The notes below the pieces were generated by a model that saw nothing but the letters and a program-made list of their open reading frames with translations, searched no databases and was not told the DNA's origin. Positions 16,581 to 27,792 of a stretch of 64,000 bases of DNA are shown in pieces. Every line of letters begins with the position of its first letter. Positions within the stretch are counted from its first letter, which is position 1. Made by a program: the position numbers and the translations under genes. Source of the DNA: Clostridiales bacterium (lineage in GTDB: Bacteria > Bacillota > Clostridia > UBA1381); NCBI GenBank assembly GCA_029219585.1, contig JAQXTR010000083.1:28978-92977 (forward strand), read 5' to 3'.

Positions 16581-18302
16581 TTAAATATTTTTTTCGGTAA
16601 TAATAACGGTTTTACTGCTGCTGTCCCAATCAACCCTGCAGTCAAATGCTTCACTTATTGCTCTTACAGGTATCATAGTTCTTTCGTTTATAAGCTGTGC
16701 AGCAACATCCAATTCTGTATTCTCTCCGTTTATATTAATCCTGTTCTCCCCTATGGTGATAGAAATACGCTTTCTGTCTTTTGTTCCTGTGGCAGTCCGC
16801 GTTTTTTCGTTCCAATCGACATCTGCGCCCAATGCCTCAAAAATAGCACGCATGGGTACAAGTGTGCGATCATCGCGTATCACAGGCGGCTGGTCAAACG
16901 CCAGCTCCCTGCCGTTGTAAGTTACCTTAATAGCCGTATCACTGCCGCCTTCGGGCTTTGCAGCAGAGCCTTCCGGCTCTGCGCCGAACCTGATGCTCTG
17001 CCCTGACTTATAGAACACATAGCTCTTCTCCTTATTTTCCGCCCTGATTGTCAGCGTGTGCTCCCCGTCTGAGATACCCGACAACGACATACGACAGATA
17101 TACGGTATTTCATTTGAAGAATGATACCAGCTTCCGTCTATACTGTAATTGACCGTTATATTAGGCTTGCCGGTCAGATACGCCAATGTGTACAGCTTTA
17201 CTATGTCATCCTTTGCCGTCAATGTCTCCCCGCTGTTTGCCGGTCGGAACACAAAATCAGGTTTGCCTCCTGCCCGGCGTATATATGCCCCACTTGACGA
17301 TGCCTCCTTGTATATATTTGCAGCATACGGATAATCCGAAATATCAAACTTCTCTTTTTCGTGATCACGGCGAACATTAAAATAGTTTATCATTTTAACC
17401 TGCGGATATTTCATATTGATATACCACAGCATATTTCTAAGTCTCGGTTTTGCCCATTCTTCGCAATCATCACCTAAATTGTTATTTGTCGCAACACCGC
17501 CCTCACCCACCATAACAGGTTTGTTTATATTATTTTTTGACAGAAACTCCATAATCGGCTTCAATCTGTTTGTTGCCCATGCGTAATCTCCCGTCATAAA
17601 ATAAACACTGTCATTATATGAGGTGTTCTTATTCCCTTGGAAGTACCTGATTACATAGGAACTCACTCCCACCCAGTCAACATATTCATCACCGGGATAA
17701 AAATATTCAAACGGGCGATTAAGCGCACCTATATCATTAGTAGACCAAACCACTGCAAAATTCGGGTATTCATGCACCATATTCGCAACCGTTCTGAATA
17801 CCTCCACATACTTATCGGGATCACTTCCGATTGCTGACACGTTCATTTCGTTTGCAAATCTTATAAACATCGGCTTATTATACGTATTCAGCCGATCTAA
17901 AACCCTGCGTACCTGATTATAATCGATACTGTTTATATCTGTAATCGTCCACCCCACCATGGGTATAACATTATCACTCTCTATCATAGAATTTGCAGGA
18001 TAATACAAATCGTTCTGGCTCATCTCCTGAATATAGGTAAGATAACTCCCCAGCGGCTGAAATTCCTGTGAGGTTTCGGCAACCATTCCGATATATGTTC
18101 CTCCCCGCGGTTCAAGCCTTGCGCCGTAATACGGGGCAGAATCAACACTGCCCTCGGTATACAGCTCAAATTCATCCTCGGTAACCATATTCTTCCTTTC
18201 ATTCAGCAATGCCCCCCAGTCCGGCACGGGGAAGGTAAATGCCTGTGCATTTACAGCTGCGGTCATCATCATAGCGGCAACCGCCAATATCAATTTTCTC
18301 AT
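16581..18302 (-). CDS. secreted GH26-like glycoside hydrolase with a C-terminal Cu-amine-oxidase-N-like (stalk) domain
   Basis: FIRFANEMN, YPGDEYVDWVGVSSY and VGEGG resemble GH26 boxes. C-terminus has two DDRTLVPMRAI/ERTMIPVRAI repeats. Signal peptide present. Start could be ATG 18302 or ATG 18308; the track start is GTG. Confidence 0.65.
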   Translation of the reverse strand: MRKLILAVAAMMMTAAVNAQAFTFPVPDWGALLNERKNMVTEDEFELYTEGSVDSAPYYGARLEPRGGTYIGMVAETSQEFQPLGSYLTYIQEMSQNDLYYPANSMIESDNVIPMVGWTITDINSIDYNQVRRVLDRLNTYNKPMFIRFANEMNVSAIGSDPDKYVEVFRTVANMVHEYPNFAVVWSTNDIGALNRPFEYFYPGDEYVDWVGVSSYVIRYFQGNKNTSYNDSVYFMTGDYAWATNRLKPIMEFLSKNNINKPVMVGEGGVATNNNLGDDCEEWAKPRLRNMLWYINMKYPQVKMINYFNVRRDHEKEKFDISDYPYAANIYKEASSSGAYIRRAGGKPDFVFRPANSGETLTAKDDIVKLYTLAYLTGKPNITVNYSIDGSWYHSSNEIPYICRMSLSGISDGEHTLTIRAENKEKSYVFYKSGQSIRFGAEPEGSAAKPEGGSDTAIKVTYNGRELAFDQPPVIRDDRTLVPMRAIFEALGADVDWNEKTRTATGTKDRKRISITIGENRININGENTELDVAAQLINERTMIPVRAISEAFDCRVDWDSSSKTVIITEKNI

Positions 18303-18352
18303 TTTCATAATCTCCGGATCCACTTCCTTGTTATCATCATTTTTTTCATTCC

Positions 18353-19261
18353 TTATTGCCTCCAGCCCTGCTCGCGCTGATACGCTTCTATTACCTCTAT
18401 ATTTTCACGTTCTACCGCATTAAATTCCGACTCTGCCGCCTCACGGTGTCCCGTGACAGGCTCATACCATGTTTTACCCAAAAAGTATTCCTTCAGACCG
18501 GTATCCTGAAAATCATATCCGTGACGCGCATATATCTCATAATAAATGAGCTTTATTTCCTCTCTTGAACGTACTTCAAGCTCCGACTCACGTATAACAT
18601 TATGTGATGAATCAAAAAGATAATCTGAGCTTCTTGTATCCTCTGTCGCCTTCGGGGTTTCAGTCTTTTTTTCCTCAGGGGCTTTCTCAGTCTTTTGGGG
18701 CTTCTTAGCTGCCGAGGACGCCGGTTTTTGCGTGGGAGCTTGTGTAGACACATCCTGCTCTGCAGCTACCACAGGCAGCGTTGCCTCCGGTGACGGAGTA
18801 TCTGTCGGCTCTTCCCTGCTAAAGCTCCCTCCCAGAAGTCTGAAAAATACAGAGAAGGTCACTGCAAAAATAACAATCATTACCAGAACCATAATTACAG
18901 CTGTGCGTACCGGATGATTGTTCTTTTTTCCATTCTTACGTGTCTTGCCTGCACCCATGTCATGTTCACTCCCTGCGGATATAGTTTCTTCATAATTCTC
19001 CTGTACGTTCTCCTCCACGACAGGAGGCTTATATACAGGCGGTTTGTCAGGAATTTCGGGCAGAACCGCACCTATCCCCTCGCTCTTAGGTCTGTCATTC
19101 GTTTTTCTTTGTATGTCAAATGTTCTTGTATACTCAATGCTGTCGGATTCAGGAGCATCCTCCGGAATCAGCTCCGGTGCAGCAGCCTTTTCTATATTCC
19201 CGCAATATTTACAAATATTTGAGCCGTATTCAAGCTCCGCACCGCATATGCTGCATTTCAT
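18353..19261 (-). CDS. zinc-ribbon / TM / YARHG-domain protein
   Basis: MKCSICGAELEYGSNICKYCGN, then one TM helix, then C-terminal IYARHGYDFQD...WYEP. Start reset to ATG 19261, 8 nt after GGGGAG. Confidence 0.75.
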   Translation of the reverse strand: MKCSICGAELEYGSNICKYCGNIEKAAAPELIPEDAPESDSIEYTRTFDIQRKTNDRPKSEGIGAVLPEIPDKPPVYKPPVVEENVQENYEETISAGSEHDMGAGKTRKNGKKNNHPVRTAVIMVLVMIVIFAVTFSVFFRLLGGSFSREEPTDTPSPEATLPVVAAEQDVSTQAPTQKPASSAAKKPQKTEKAPEEKKTETPKATEDTRSSDYLFDSSHNVIRESELEVRSREEIKLIYYEIYARHGYDFQDTGLKEYFLGKTWYEPVTGHREAAESEFNAVERENIEVIEAYQREQGWRQ

Positions 19262-19289
19262 CAGCATCACTCCCCTCGTATTTCTAAAA

Positions 19290-19571
19290 TTATAACATAC
19301 TGCAGCGTTCCATGAAAATATCAAAGACTGCTTGGAGAATATCCTGATCCTCAACTCCCGACAGCTCCTCCGTTTCACCGTCAAACGAATTTACTCTCAG
19401 AATTACCACCTGATTGCTGTCATCATCAAGCGGGAACAGTACCGCATACTCAATGCCTTCATACTCAATCAAATCAAGATATTCGAAATGCACCTCTCTG
19501 CCCCGATCGTCCTCAAGTACGACCATGTCCTGCGGCACATCAATGTTTCCAATGTTATTTTTATTACCCAT
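19290..19571 (-). CDS. DUF1292 family protein
   Basis: VLEDDRGREVHFEYLDLIEYEGIEYAVLFPLDD pattern. ATG 19571 chosen over the track TTG. Confidence 0.75.
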   Translation of the reverse strand: MGNKNNIGNIDVPQDMVVLEDDRGREVHFEYLDLIEYEGIEYAVLFPLDDDSNQVVILRVNSFDGETEELSGVEDQDILQAVFDIFMERCSML

Positions 19572-19594
19572 TGTCAATACACTCCTGTGTTTTC

Positions 19595-22360
19595 TTATTC
19601 AGCCGTAATACCACTGTCCGCTGCTCCGCCTGTCACACCCGAATCAGCTGCTCCTCCGCCCGATGACGCTCCGCTATCAGGCACAGGGGCACCGCCTCCG
19701 GACGCCCCTCCGACATCAGGCGCAGGGGCACCGCCTCCGGAGGATGCTCCGCCGCTATATGTCGGCGCACCGCCGCCTGCCGTGCCGCCGGAAGAGCTTG
19801 CACCTCCCGCGCTTCCGCCTCCCGGAGCTGCTCCGCCGCCGCTTATTGCAGCACCGCCGCTGCCGTGATTCGGAATATCCGCAGCATTGCCTGAACTGTT
19901 GCCCGCCGTTCCGTTGCCTGCTTCCGCTTTAGGAGTAGCTTTTACTTCAGGCGTCACTTGTGTTTTATCGCCTGTGGAGGTACCGTGTCCGGCAAATTCC
20001 GACGACTCTTTTATATTGTAGTGATTGCTGCAATACGTTTTAGGCTGTGTTCCGGCTACAAAGTATGCCGTGATTGTATCGCAGGTGTTATTTGCCAGCT
20101 CACCGCTTATTGAGCATACCTTCTCCTGAACTACGGATGCAGGAACAGTAAGCTCCTTATAATCCTGATTCTTGCTTATACTGTCAAACACAAGCTTCCA
20201 CGCCGTTACGCACGGATTTCCGCTTATGCCCGACTGCGAAAGTGATGCAGGAGAATCGAATCCAAACCAGCATGCGCCTACATAATAAGGCGTAAATCCG
20301 ACAAACCATTTATCGAAGTCATCATCAGTTGTTCCGGTCTTCCCGTATGCCGGCATTCCGCAGCTTAATCTTGCTCGTGTCGCAGTACCGTATGAAAGGT
20401 TTACCGGGCCTGAAAGGAGGTCGGCTGTGATATAAGCCGCAGACTCACTCATTGACTGACTTTCGTTCACATTATTCTGTAAAATCACATTCCCTGCTCC
20501 GTCAAGAACCTGTGTATAGGTATACGGTGTTATATATTTACCGTTGTTTACAAATACACCGTATGCCGCAGCCATTTCCTTCACGGTTACGCCCTGCGTA
20601 AGACCACCTAAAGCAAGTGATGAATAGTTTTTATCTCCGTCAGTAATTGTTGAGAGATGGAATTTATTCTGAAGATAGCCTAAGGAATTTGAAAGACCTA
20701 CCGTATCCAAAACCTTGACCGCAGGAATGTTCGATGATCTTGCAACAGCCTCCTTTATCGTCATATCGCCCTTGAAGCCCGAATATGAGTTCTTAGGCTT
20801 CCAGTTATCATAGCCTATCTCAATAGCCTCATCCGTTACGATATCCATTTCCGTAATGTCTCCCATATCTATTGCCGGACCGTAAACCGACAACGGCTTT
20901 ATTGCCGAACCCGGCTGACGAACCGCCTGAGTAGCACGGTTAAATCCTCGGATGTCGGTCTTTTTTCCCAGTCCTCCTATCAGACCCTTGACCTGACCGG
21001 TATAAGGATCAACGATAACCATTGCCGACTGCGCTGATGTGCCGTATGGGAAATTGGACGTATCCTCAAACACATCCTCCATAACAGTCTGAATATCCTC
21101 ATCAATTGTCGCATATATCTTAAGTCCGCCGTTATATACCTGACTTGTGGCGAAATCCTCCGAATACTGCTTCTGATTAATCAGATCCCTTATAACATCA
21201 TTAACGACCTGATCCTCAAAAAATGAGGTAACCTCCTGCTGCTCGTTGCGGTAATCGCTGTTGGTTTCAAGCGGGGCTGCAACTGCGGCATGATAATCGG
21301 CCTCTGAGATTTTGCCGAGCTCATACATCTTTGAAAGAACGGTGTTTCTCTTTTCCACATTCTTATCCGGATGCGCAAGGGGATCGTACTCAGAAGGATA
21401 CTGTGTAATACCTGCAATTGATGCAGCCTCCTGCAAATTCAGCTCACTTGCTGACTTATTGAAATATGTTTTGGCTGCTGCCTCAACGCCGTTGCAGTTA
21501 TTGGCAAAGTATACAATGTTACAGTACATTGTAAGTATTTCATCCTTTGAAAGCTGCCTTTCAAGAGCAATAGCGCGCATCATTTCCTTTATTTTACGGG
21601 TAGCCTTGAAATCATCCTCTTTGGTTATATTCTTTATAACCTGCTGAGTAATTGTTGAACCGCCGTAATTTGACTTGCCTATACCGACTTTTGCGGCTAC
21701 ATATTTAACGGTTGCACCGATTGTACGCTTCATATCGACTCCGTTATGCTTATAAAAGCGCTCGTCCTCTATTGAAACGATAGCATCCTTGAAGATCGGA
21801 GAAATCGCATTCGAGTCAACCCATATACGATTTTGATCCGAATGGATCTTCGTCAGCTCCTGCTCATTGCCGTATCGGTCATAATAATATATTGTAGAAG
21901 TATAGTTAAGCGCAAGATTTTCTATATTCATATCCCTTATCTCACGCGAAACAGCTGCATACATTCCGACAAACATACCTGAGCATATTACAACGCACAC
22001 AAGAACAGCAACAAGAATAACTGTTCTTACTCGTTTTCTGAACATTATCTGTTTCTCGGTAAGCTTTTTCTTCCTTTTCTTTTTCCTGTTCCCTGACGGC
22101 TGGCCTGAGCCGTATGAGCTGCCCGATGACGAACGCTGTCCGTTCACTCTGCGCGCGCCCGCATCACCGGCATAGCTTCGCGCTGAGGACTGTCTGCCTC
22201 CGGCACTGCTCCCCGTGCGTCTGCGGCGCATGGGTTCCTCCGAGCGATATTCTTCTATATCCCTTGAGGTCTGCCTGTCAAATGCATCCCAGTCAAAATT
22301 ATCTATATCATTATTACGGTTATTTGATGAACCGCGGTTGCGTCTTCGATAATCTGCCAT
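19595..22360 (-). CDS. class A penicillin-binding protein (glycosyltransferase + transpeptidase)
   Basis: GT51 motifs (EDERFYKHNGVD, GGSTITQQ). SxxK (GSAIKP) and KTGTT motifs. Long basic N-tail, one TM helix, Gly/Ala/Ser-rich C-tail. Confidence 0.92.
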   Translation of the reverse strand: MADYRRRNRGSSNNRNNDIDNFDWDAFDRQTSRDIEEYRSEEPMRRRRTGSSAGGRQSSARSYAGDAGARRVNGQRSSSGSSYGSGQPSGNRKKKRKKKLTEKQIMFRKRVRTVILVAVLVCVVICSGMFVGMYAAVSREIRDMNIENLALNYTSTIYYYDRYGNEQELTKIHSDQNRIWVDSNAISPIFKDAIVSIEDERFYKHNGVDMKRTIGATVKYVAAKVGIGKSNYGGSTITQQVIKNITKEDDFKATRKIKEMMRAIALERQLSKDEILTMYCNIVYFANNCNGVEAAAKTYFNKSASELNLQEAASIAGITQYPSEYDPLAHPDKNVEKRNTVLSKMYELGKISEADYHAAVAAPLETNSDYRNEQQEVTSFFEDQVVNDVIRDLINQKQYSEDFATSQVYNGGLKIYATIDEDIQTVMEDVFEDTSNFPYGTSAQSAMVIVDPYTGQVKGLIGGLGKKTDIRGFNRATQAVRQPGSAIKPLSVYGPAIDMGDITEMDIVTDEAIEIGYDNWKPKNSYSGFKGDMTIKEAVARSSNIPAVKVLDTVGLSNSLGYLQNKFHLSTITDGDKNYSSLALGGLTQGVTVKEMAAAYGVFVNNGKYITPYTYTQVLDGAGNVILQNNVNESQSMSESAAYITADLLSGPVNLSYGTATRARLSCGMPAYGKTGTTDDDFDKWFVGFTPYYVGACWFGFDSPASLSQSGISGNPCVTAWKLVFDSISKNQDYKELTVPASVVQEKVCSISGELANNTCDTITAYFVAGTQPKTYCSNHYNIKESSEFAGHGTSTGDKTQVTPEVKATPKAEAGNGTAGNSSGNAADIPNHGSGGAAISGGGAAPGGGSAGGASSSGGTAGGGAPTYSGGASSGGGAPAPDVGGASGGGAPVPDSGASSGGGAADSGVTGGAADSGITAE
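19600..19870. repeat. imperfect ~39-bp tandem repeats encoding the G/A/S-rich PBP tail
   Basis: caggggcaccgcctccgga recurs at 19684 and 19723. The surrounding sequence is GC-rich and low-complexity. Confidence 0.7.
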
Positions 22361-22530
22361 TGATTTATCCTCCTGTCAGATGATTATATATAGAGCGCCT
22401 AATTCAAAATTATGCACTTAAAAATATTATATAATAAAATTAAAACTTTTTCAATAGTTTTAGTATGATTTTTTTATTTATAGGTAAAAATTTATTTAAA
22501 TACCAATATAAACAGGAGGAAATCAAAAAA

Positions 22531-22917
22531 ATGAAACAATTGCTTACAAATCCGAGGAATATACTTGCAATAGCTGCATATGTATGTTTAACGGCGGCTA
22601 TTTTTGCTGTCGGAATAGGCATAGGCTATCACAACGGGAAAGGTCTTATGACAATGCAGGCATCTGTAACGGCAACGGGAATACCCGACGGAACCCCTGC
22701 CCCCGCAGCTTCCGAAACACCCCCGCGCTATCGGGTAATACTGGAGGACGGAGAACTGCGTCTGTATCTTGACGAAAACGGAGCGAGTCGTCTTATCTCA
22801 AATAACGAAATAAGTGAGGCTTCCTTTCCCGCATCGGATGTTGCGGAATTGAAGGAAGGTATTCACTTTGACACCCTGTCAGATGCCCTGGCTCTCATGG
22901 AAAACTTTTTATCATAA
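22531..22917 (+). CDS. hypothetical membrane-anchored protein
   Basis: Start reset to ATG 22531 (MKQLLTNPRNILAIAAYVCLTAAIFAV) behind AGGAGG. One TM helix. No family recognised. Confidence 0.55.
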   Translation: MKQLLTNPRNILAIAAYVCLTAAIFAVGIGIGYHNGKGLMTMQASVTATGIPDGTPAPAASETPPRYRVILEDGELRLYLDENGASRLISNNEISEASFPASDVAELKEGIHFDTLSDALALMENFLS

Positions 22918-23037
22918 GCATATTTATGAACTAAATGTTAATATTCGCAAAAAAGCTCATACTGCAAAATTAAAAGAAAATCAAAGCAAAATTAAGTATT
23001 TTGGAGTAATATTTATATTTTTTAACATTTTTACAGC

Positions 23038-23066
23038 TTGAAAAAAAGCAATAAAAAGACGATAAT
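23038..23066 (+). promoter_or_regulatory. groESL sigma-A promoter
   Basis: TTGAAA-17 nt-GATAAT immediately upstream of CIRCE. Confidence 0.7.
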
Positions 23067-23074
23067 ATACATTG

Positions 23075-23101
23075 TTAGCACTCAAAGGCGTTGAGTGCTA
23101 A
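23075..23101 (+). promoter_or_regulatory. CIRCE operator (HrcA binding site)
   Basis: TTAGCACTC-aaaggcgtt-GAGTGCTAA, a perfect match to TTAGCACTC-N9-GAGTGCTAA. Confidence 0.95.
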
Positions 23102-23168
23102 CAAAAACCAAAAGCAAATGAAAGGCATTTGCCTTTTAATTACTATATAATACAGGAGGTAATTTATC

Positions 23169-23456
23169 ATGACAATTAAACCATTAGCAGACAGAGTTGT
23201 TATTAAGGCACTTGAGGCAGAGGAAACCACCAAGAGCGGTCTTATCCTTTCATCAAAATCACAGGAAAAGCCTCAGGTTGCAGAAGTAATCGCAGTAGGA
23301 CCCGGCGCAGTTGTTGACGGCAAAACAGTACCTATGGAGGTTTCTGTAGGCGATAAGATTCTTACAGCGCGCTATGCGGGAACAGAAGTAAAGGTTGACG
23401 GCGAGGAATACAAAATAGTAAGTCAGAGTGATATTCTCGCAAAGGTAACAGACTAA
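23169..23456 (+). CDS. groES: co-chaperonin GroES
   Basis: MTIKPLADRVVIK... 95 aa, GGAGG RBS. Confidence 0.97.
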   Translation: MTIKPLADRVVIKALEAEETTKSGLILSSKSQEKPQVAEVIAVGPGAVVDGKTVPMEVSVGDKILTARYAGTEVKVDGEEYKIVSQSDILAKVTD

Positions 23457-23476
23457 TTCATCAAGGAAGGAAGTAA

Positions 23477-25108
<1,632 letters not shown>

Positions 25109-25167
25109 ACCGCAGCCCGGTGATTAACACCCCGCAGCTAAGTGGATAATCAATAGTGAACAGCAAT

Positions 25168-25197
25168 AATATACAGCCCTGTTAAGGGCTGTATATT
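25168..25197. terminator. bidirectional terminator shared by groEL and mscL
   Basis: aatatacagccc-tgttaa-gggctgtatatt hairpin between the convergent genes. It overlaps the mscL stop. Confidence 0.75.
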
Positions 25198-25651
25198 ATT
25201 TGTTGTTTTTATTAACAAGCGCATCACGGATTTCCTCCAGCAGCTTAATATCCTCCGCTTTTTCCGCAGGAGCTTCAGTCTCCTCCTTTGGTTTTTCCAT
25301 TTTTGCACGCATTGTGTTGATGCCCTTTACACAGCAGAAGATAATAAATGCCAAAATAAGGAAGCTTATGATTGACTGAATAAAATTACCTATATTGATT
25401 TCAGTGCCTGGTATAACCCAATTTGACATATTAAGCAGCTTGTTTGCCGTTTCCTCAGCTCCAACCTCACCTGCAACTGCTTCTGTCCCCTTTTGGAAAA
25501 GCTTTGTTATGAGTGCAATAGACGGAGTGATAATATCGCCGACAAGTGAATTGACAATTGAAGTAAATGCACCGCCGACAACAATACCAACAGCCATGTC
25601 CACCACGTTACCCTTTGCGATAAATTCCTTGAATTCCCCAATAAATTTCAT
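25196..25651 (-). CDS. mscL: large-conductance mechanosensitive channel
   Basis: EFKEFIAKGNVVDMAVGIVVGGAFTSIV signature. Confidence 0.93.
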   Translation of the reverse strand: MKFIGEFKEFIAKGNVVDMAVGIVVGGAFTSIVNSLVGDIITPSIALITKLFQKGTEAVAGEVGAEETANKLLNMSNWVIPGTEINIGNFIQSIISFLILAFIIFCCVKGINTMRAKMEKPKEETEAPAEKAEDIKLLEEIRDALVNKNNK

Positions 25652-25683
25652 TTGTAAATACCTCCTGTATCAGAATAATAATT

Positions 25684-25712
25684 ATAATATCATATTTACT
25701 ATATTATGTCAA
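25684..25712 (-). promoter_or_regulatory. mscL promoter
   Basis: Minus strand TTGACA-17 nt-TATTAT. Confidence 0.55.
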
Positions 25713-25721
25713 GCAGCAGAC

Positions 25722-25750
25722 AAAAAATCCCGACACCGCTGCGTCGGGAT
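25722..25750 (-). terminator. terminator of the Na/Pi cotransporter gene
   Basis: atcccgac / gtcgggat stem followed by a U-run on the minus strand. Confidence 0.8.
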
Positions 25751-25764
25751 ACTGCCGTATGAAC

Positions 25765-27540
25765 TCACACCGGCATCGGAACATCAATATCATATTTTTT
25801 ATCGTAATATTTAAAGGAATTGAGATATTCCGCATTCCTCAGCTCTCTGGCAGCCTTTGGTTTGTCGGAGCTGTCAAATGCCTGAGTTTCAAGCTTATTT
25901 ACCGCAACCGCAATATTTGAGCAGTGCGCGCTTATTCTCTCAACGAACGATAGTATATCATTAAACGGAGTACCGTCGGCAAGAACGCACACGCCCTCCC
26001 TAAGACGGTCTATATGCTGCTCCTTTATGTCGTCGCACATAATGTCTATGACCTCTCTTAACGGCTCAACCTTCTTAATCTTTCCGAAGTCGTTTTCCAC
26101 AAAACCGTCAACCACGAGATCCACAATCTCCTTTGTTGCCTCAGCCAGAATACTCAGCTGAAAACGCGCTTTTGCCGAGAACTCAATCTTTCTCTCATTA
26201 AGCTCACTTGCAATAAACCCTATATTAACGGCATAGTCACTCAGAGACTCAAAGTCGCTTATCGTATAGAGAAGCTTTGAAACCTTCTGCTTCTCCGCCG
26301 GGGTAAGCTTTCTCACTGTCAGCTTCATAAGATATGTACAGAGCCTGTCCTCATACTTGTCCACCAAAGCCTCCGTAACCTTGACCTTGTTAAATATTAC
26401 ATCATCAAACTCCTTGAGCAGTCCCAGAGCGCGGTATACTGCCTTTCTTGAACGCTTTGCAACATCATTCATAACAGTCTGTGTCTGCGTGATAGCAAGT
26501 ATAGGATAATTAAGGAATCGTTCCTCCAGCAGACTGAAATCTGCTTGATTCTCTTTATCCTCCTCCGTATCCTTGATAAGCCCGAACACAAGCTTTTCCA
26601 TCAGCTTCATAAACGGCAGCAAAGAAAACATCGTTGCCATTCGGAAGGCTGTGTTAAGAAATGCCACGCTCACCGGAGACATAACCATATCCAAAAACTT
26701 AAAATGAACCAGCGCGTTTGCCGAATAGAATATTATTGACCAGATCAGCATACCGAAGGTATCGTTTAACAGATAGATAAGCGCAGTCCTCTTTCCGTTC
26801 TTGTTTGTGCCTATCGCAGAAAGAAGAACCGGACATGATGCGCCTATTCCGATACCCATTATTACCGGCAGCGCAACAGCAAACGAAATATTCCCCGTTG
26901 CCGAAAGAGCCTGTATAACGCCGACGGACGCCGACGCACTTTGAAGAACTACGGTAAGAAGAATACCGCCTATAATACCCAGCACCGGATTTGAAAACAT
27001 GGTAATCATGTTTACAAACAAATCATTCTCCTTCAGAGGAGCTACAGAGCCGCTCATCATCTGCATACCGGTCATAAGAATGGCAAATCCGAGCATTATA
27101 TCCGCAACGCTGCGGTATGCGCTTTTCTTTGATGCCATTTTTATGACAATTCCCACAATAGCAATGATTGCCGGAATTGTTGCTGTAGAAAGAATTGATG
27201 CAATGCCGCTCGAGCCGTCTATGTATGACAGGCAAAGAATCCAGCCGGTAATGCTTGTACCGATATTCGCGCCCATAATAATTCCGATTGCCTGAGCAAC
27301 CTTCATCATACCCGAGTTAACAAAGCCCACTATCATTACAGTTGTTGCGCCTGATGACTGGATAATTGCGGTAACAACAGCGCCAAGCAGTATTCCCTTG
27401 ACAGGAGTATTTGTAAGCTTGTACAAAATATTCTCCATCTTGTTTCCTGCAACCTTCTTAAGACTGTCTCCCATAAGAGACATACCGAAAAGGAACAGAG
27501 CAACGCCGCAAAGTAATGATAAAATAATTGATATACCCAT
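25765..27540 (-). CDS. Na+/phosphate cotransporter family protein with C-terminal PhoU-like repeats
   Basis: N-terminal polytopic region with the duplicated NptA-type pattern (QSSGATTVM / LQSASASVG). Helical PhoU-like C-terminal half. Confidence 0.85.
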   Translation of the reverse strand: MGISIILSLLCGVALFLFGMSLMGDSLKKVAGNKMENILYKLTNTPVKGILLGAVVTAIIQSSGATTVMIVGFVNSGMMKVAQAIGIIMGANIGTSITGWILCLSYIDGSSGIASILSTATIPAIIAIVGIVIKMASKKSAYRSVADIMLGFAILMTGMQMMSGSVAPLKENDLFVNMITMFSNPVLGIIGGILLTVVLQSASASVGVIQALSATGNISFAVALPVIMGIGIGASCPVLLSAIGTNKNGKRTALIYLLNDTFGMLIWSIIFYSANALVHFKFLDMVMSPVSVAFLNTAFRMATMFSLLPFMKLMEKLVFGLIKDTEEDKENQADFSLLEERFLNYPILAITQTQTVMNDVAKRSRKAVYRALGLLKEFDDVIFNKVKVTEALVDKYEDRLCTYLMKLTVRKLTPAEKQKVSKLLYTISDFESLSDYAVNIGFIASELNERKIEFSAKARFQLSILAEATKEIVDLVVDGFVENDFGKIKKVEPLREVIDIMCDDIKEQHIDRLREGVCVLADGTPFNDILSFVERISAHCSNIAVAVNKLETQAFDSSDKPKAARELRNAEYLNSFKYYDKKYDIDVPMPV

Positions 27541-27675
27541 ATATAGCCTCCACCTCGCTATTTTTTTCGGTTATTTCATATTAAATTGTAAAACACCGGC
27601 AAATCGGAAAATCTTCCACCTCTTTCCGATAAAGCAGCGTATGAGCAGAAATCCCAAACACTGCCCATTATATAT

Positions 27676-27704
27676 ATTATACCTAAAACTATGCGAAATG
27701 TCAA
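27676..27704 (-). promoter_or_regulatory. promoter of the Na/Pi cotransporter gene
   Basis: Minus strand TTGACA-17 nt-TATAAT. It leaves a ~129-nt leader. Confidence 0.65.
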
Positions 27705-27752
27705 GCTATATAGATAAAAGGCTTCAAAAAATTTACTCTGCCGAAGCTGCAC

Positions 27753-27788
27753 AAAAAATGCCGCGCAGAATAATTACGCGGCATTTTC
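27753..27788. terminator. hydG terminator (bidirectional hairpin)
   Basis: aaaaaatgccgcg-cagaataatta-cgcggcatttt. Confidence 0.8.
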
Positions 27789-27792
27789 CCAA

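Noticed and set aside
19332-19868. Pro-rich 178-aa plus-strand ORF (and 19663-19932)
   Set aside because: It is the mirror image of the Gly/Ala/Ser-rich repeat tail of the PBP and overlaps DUF1292. It is a by-product of GC-rich repeats.
23101-23150. Small hairpin gcaaatg-aaagg-catttgc followed by cttttaatt in the groES leader, downstream of CIRCE
   Set aside because: The 7-bp stem could be an mRNA-stability element, but it is short and I cannot tell it apart from chance in an AT-rich leader.
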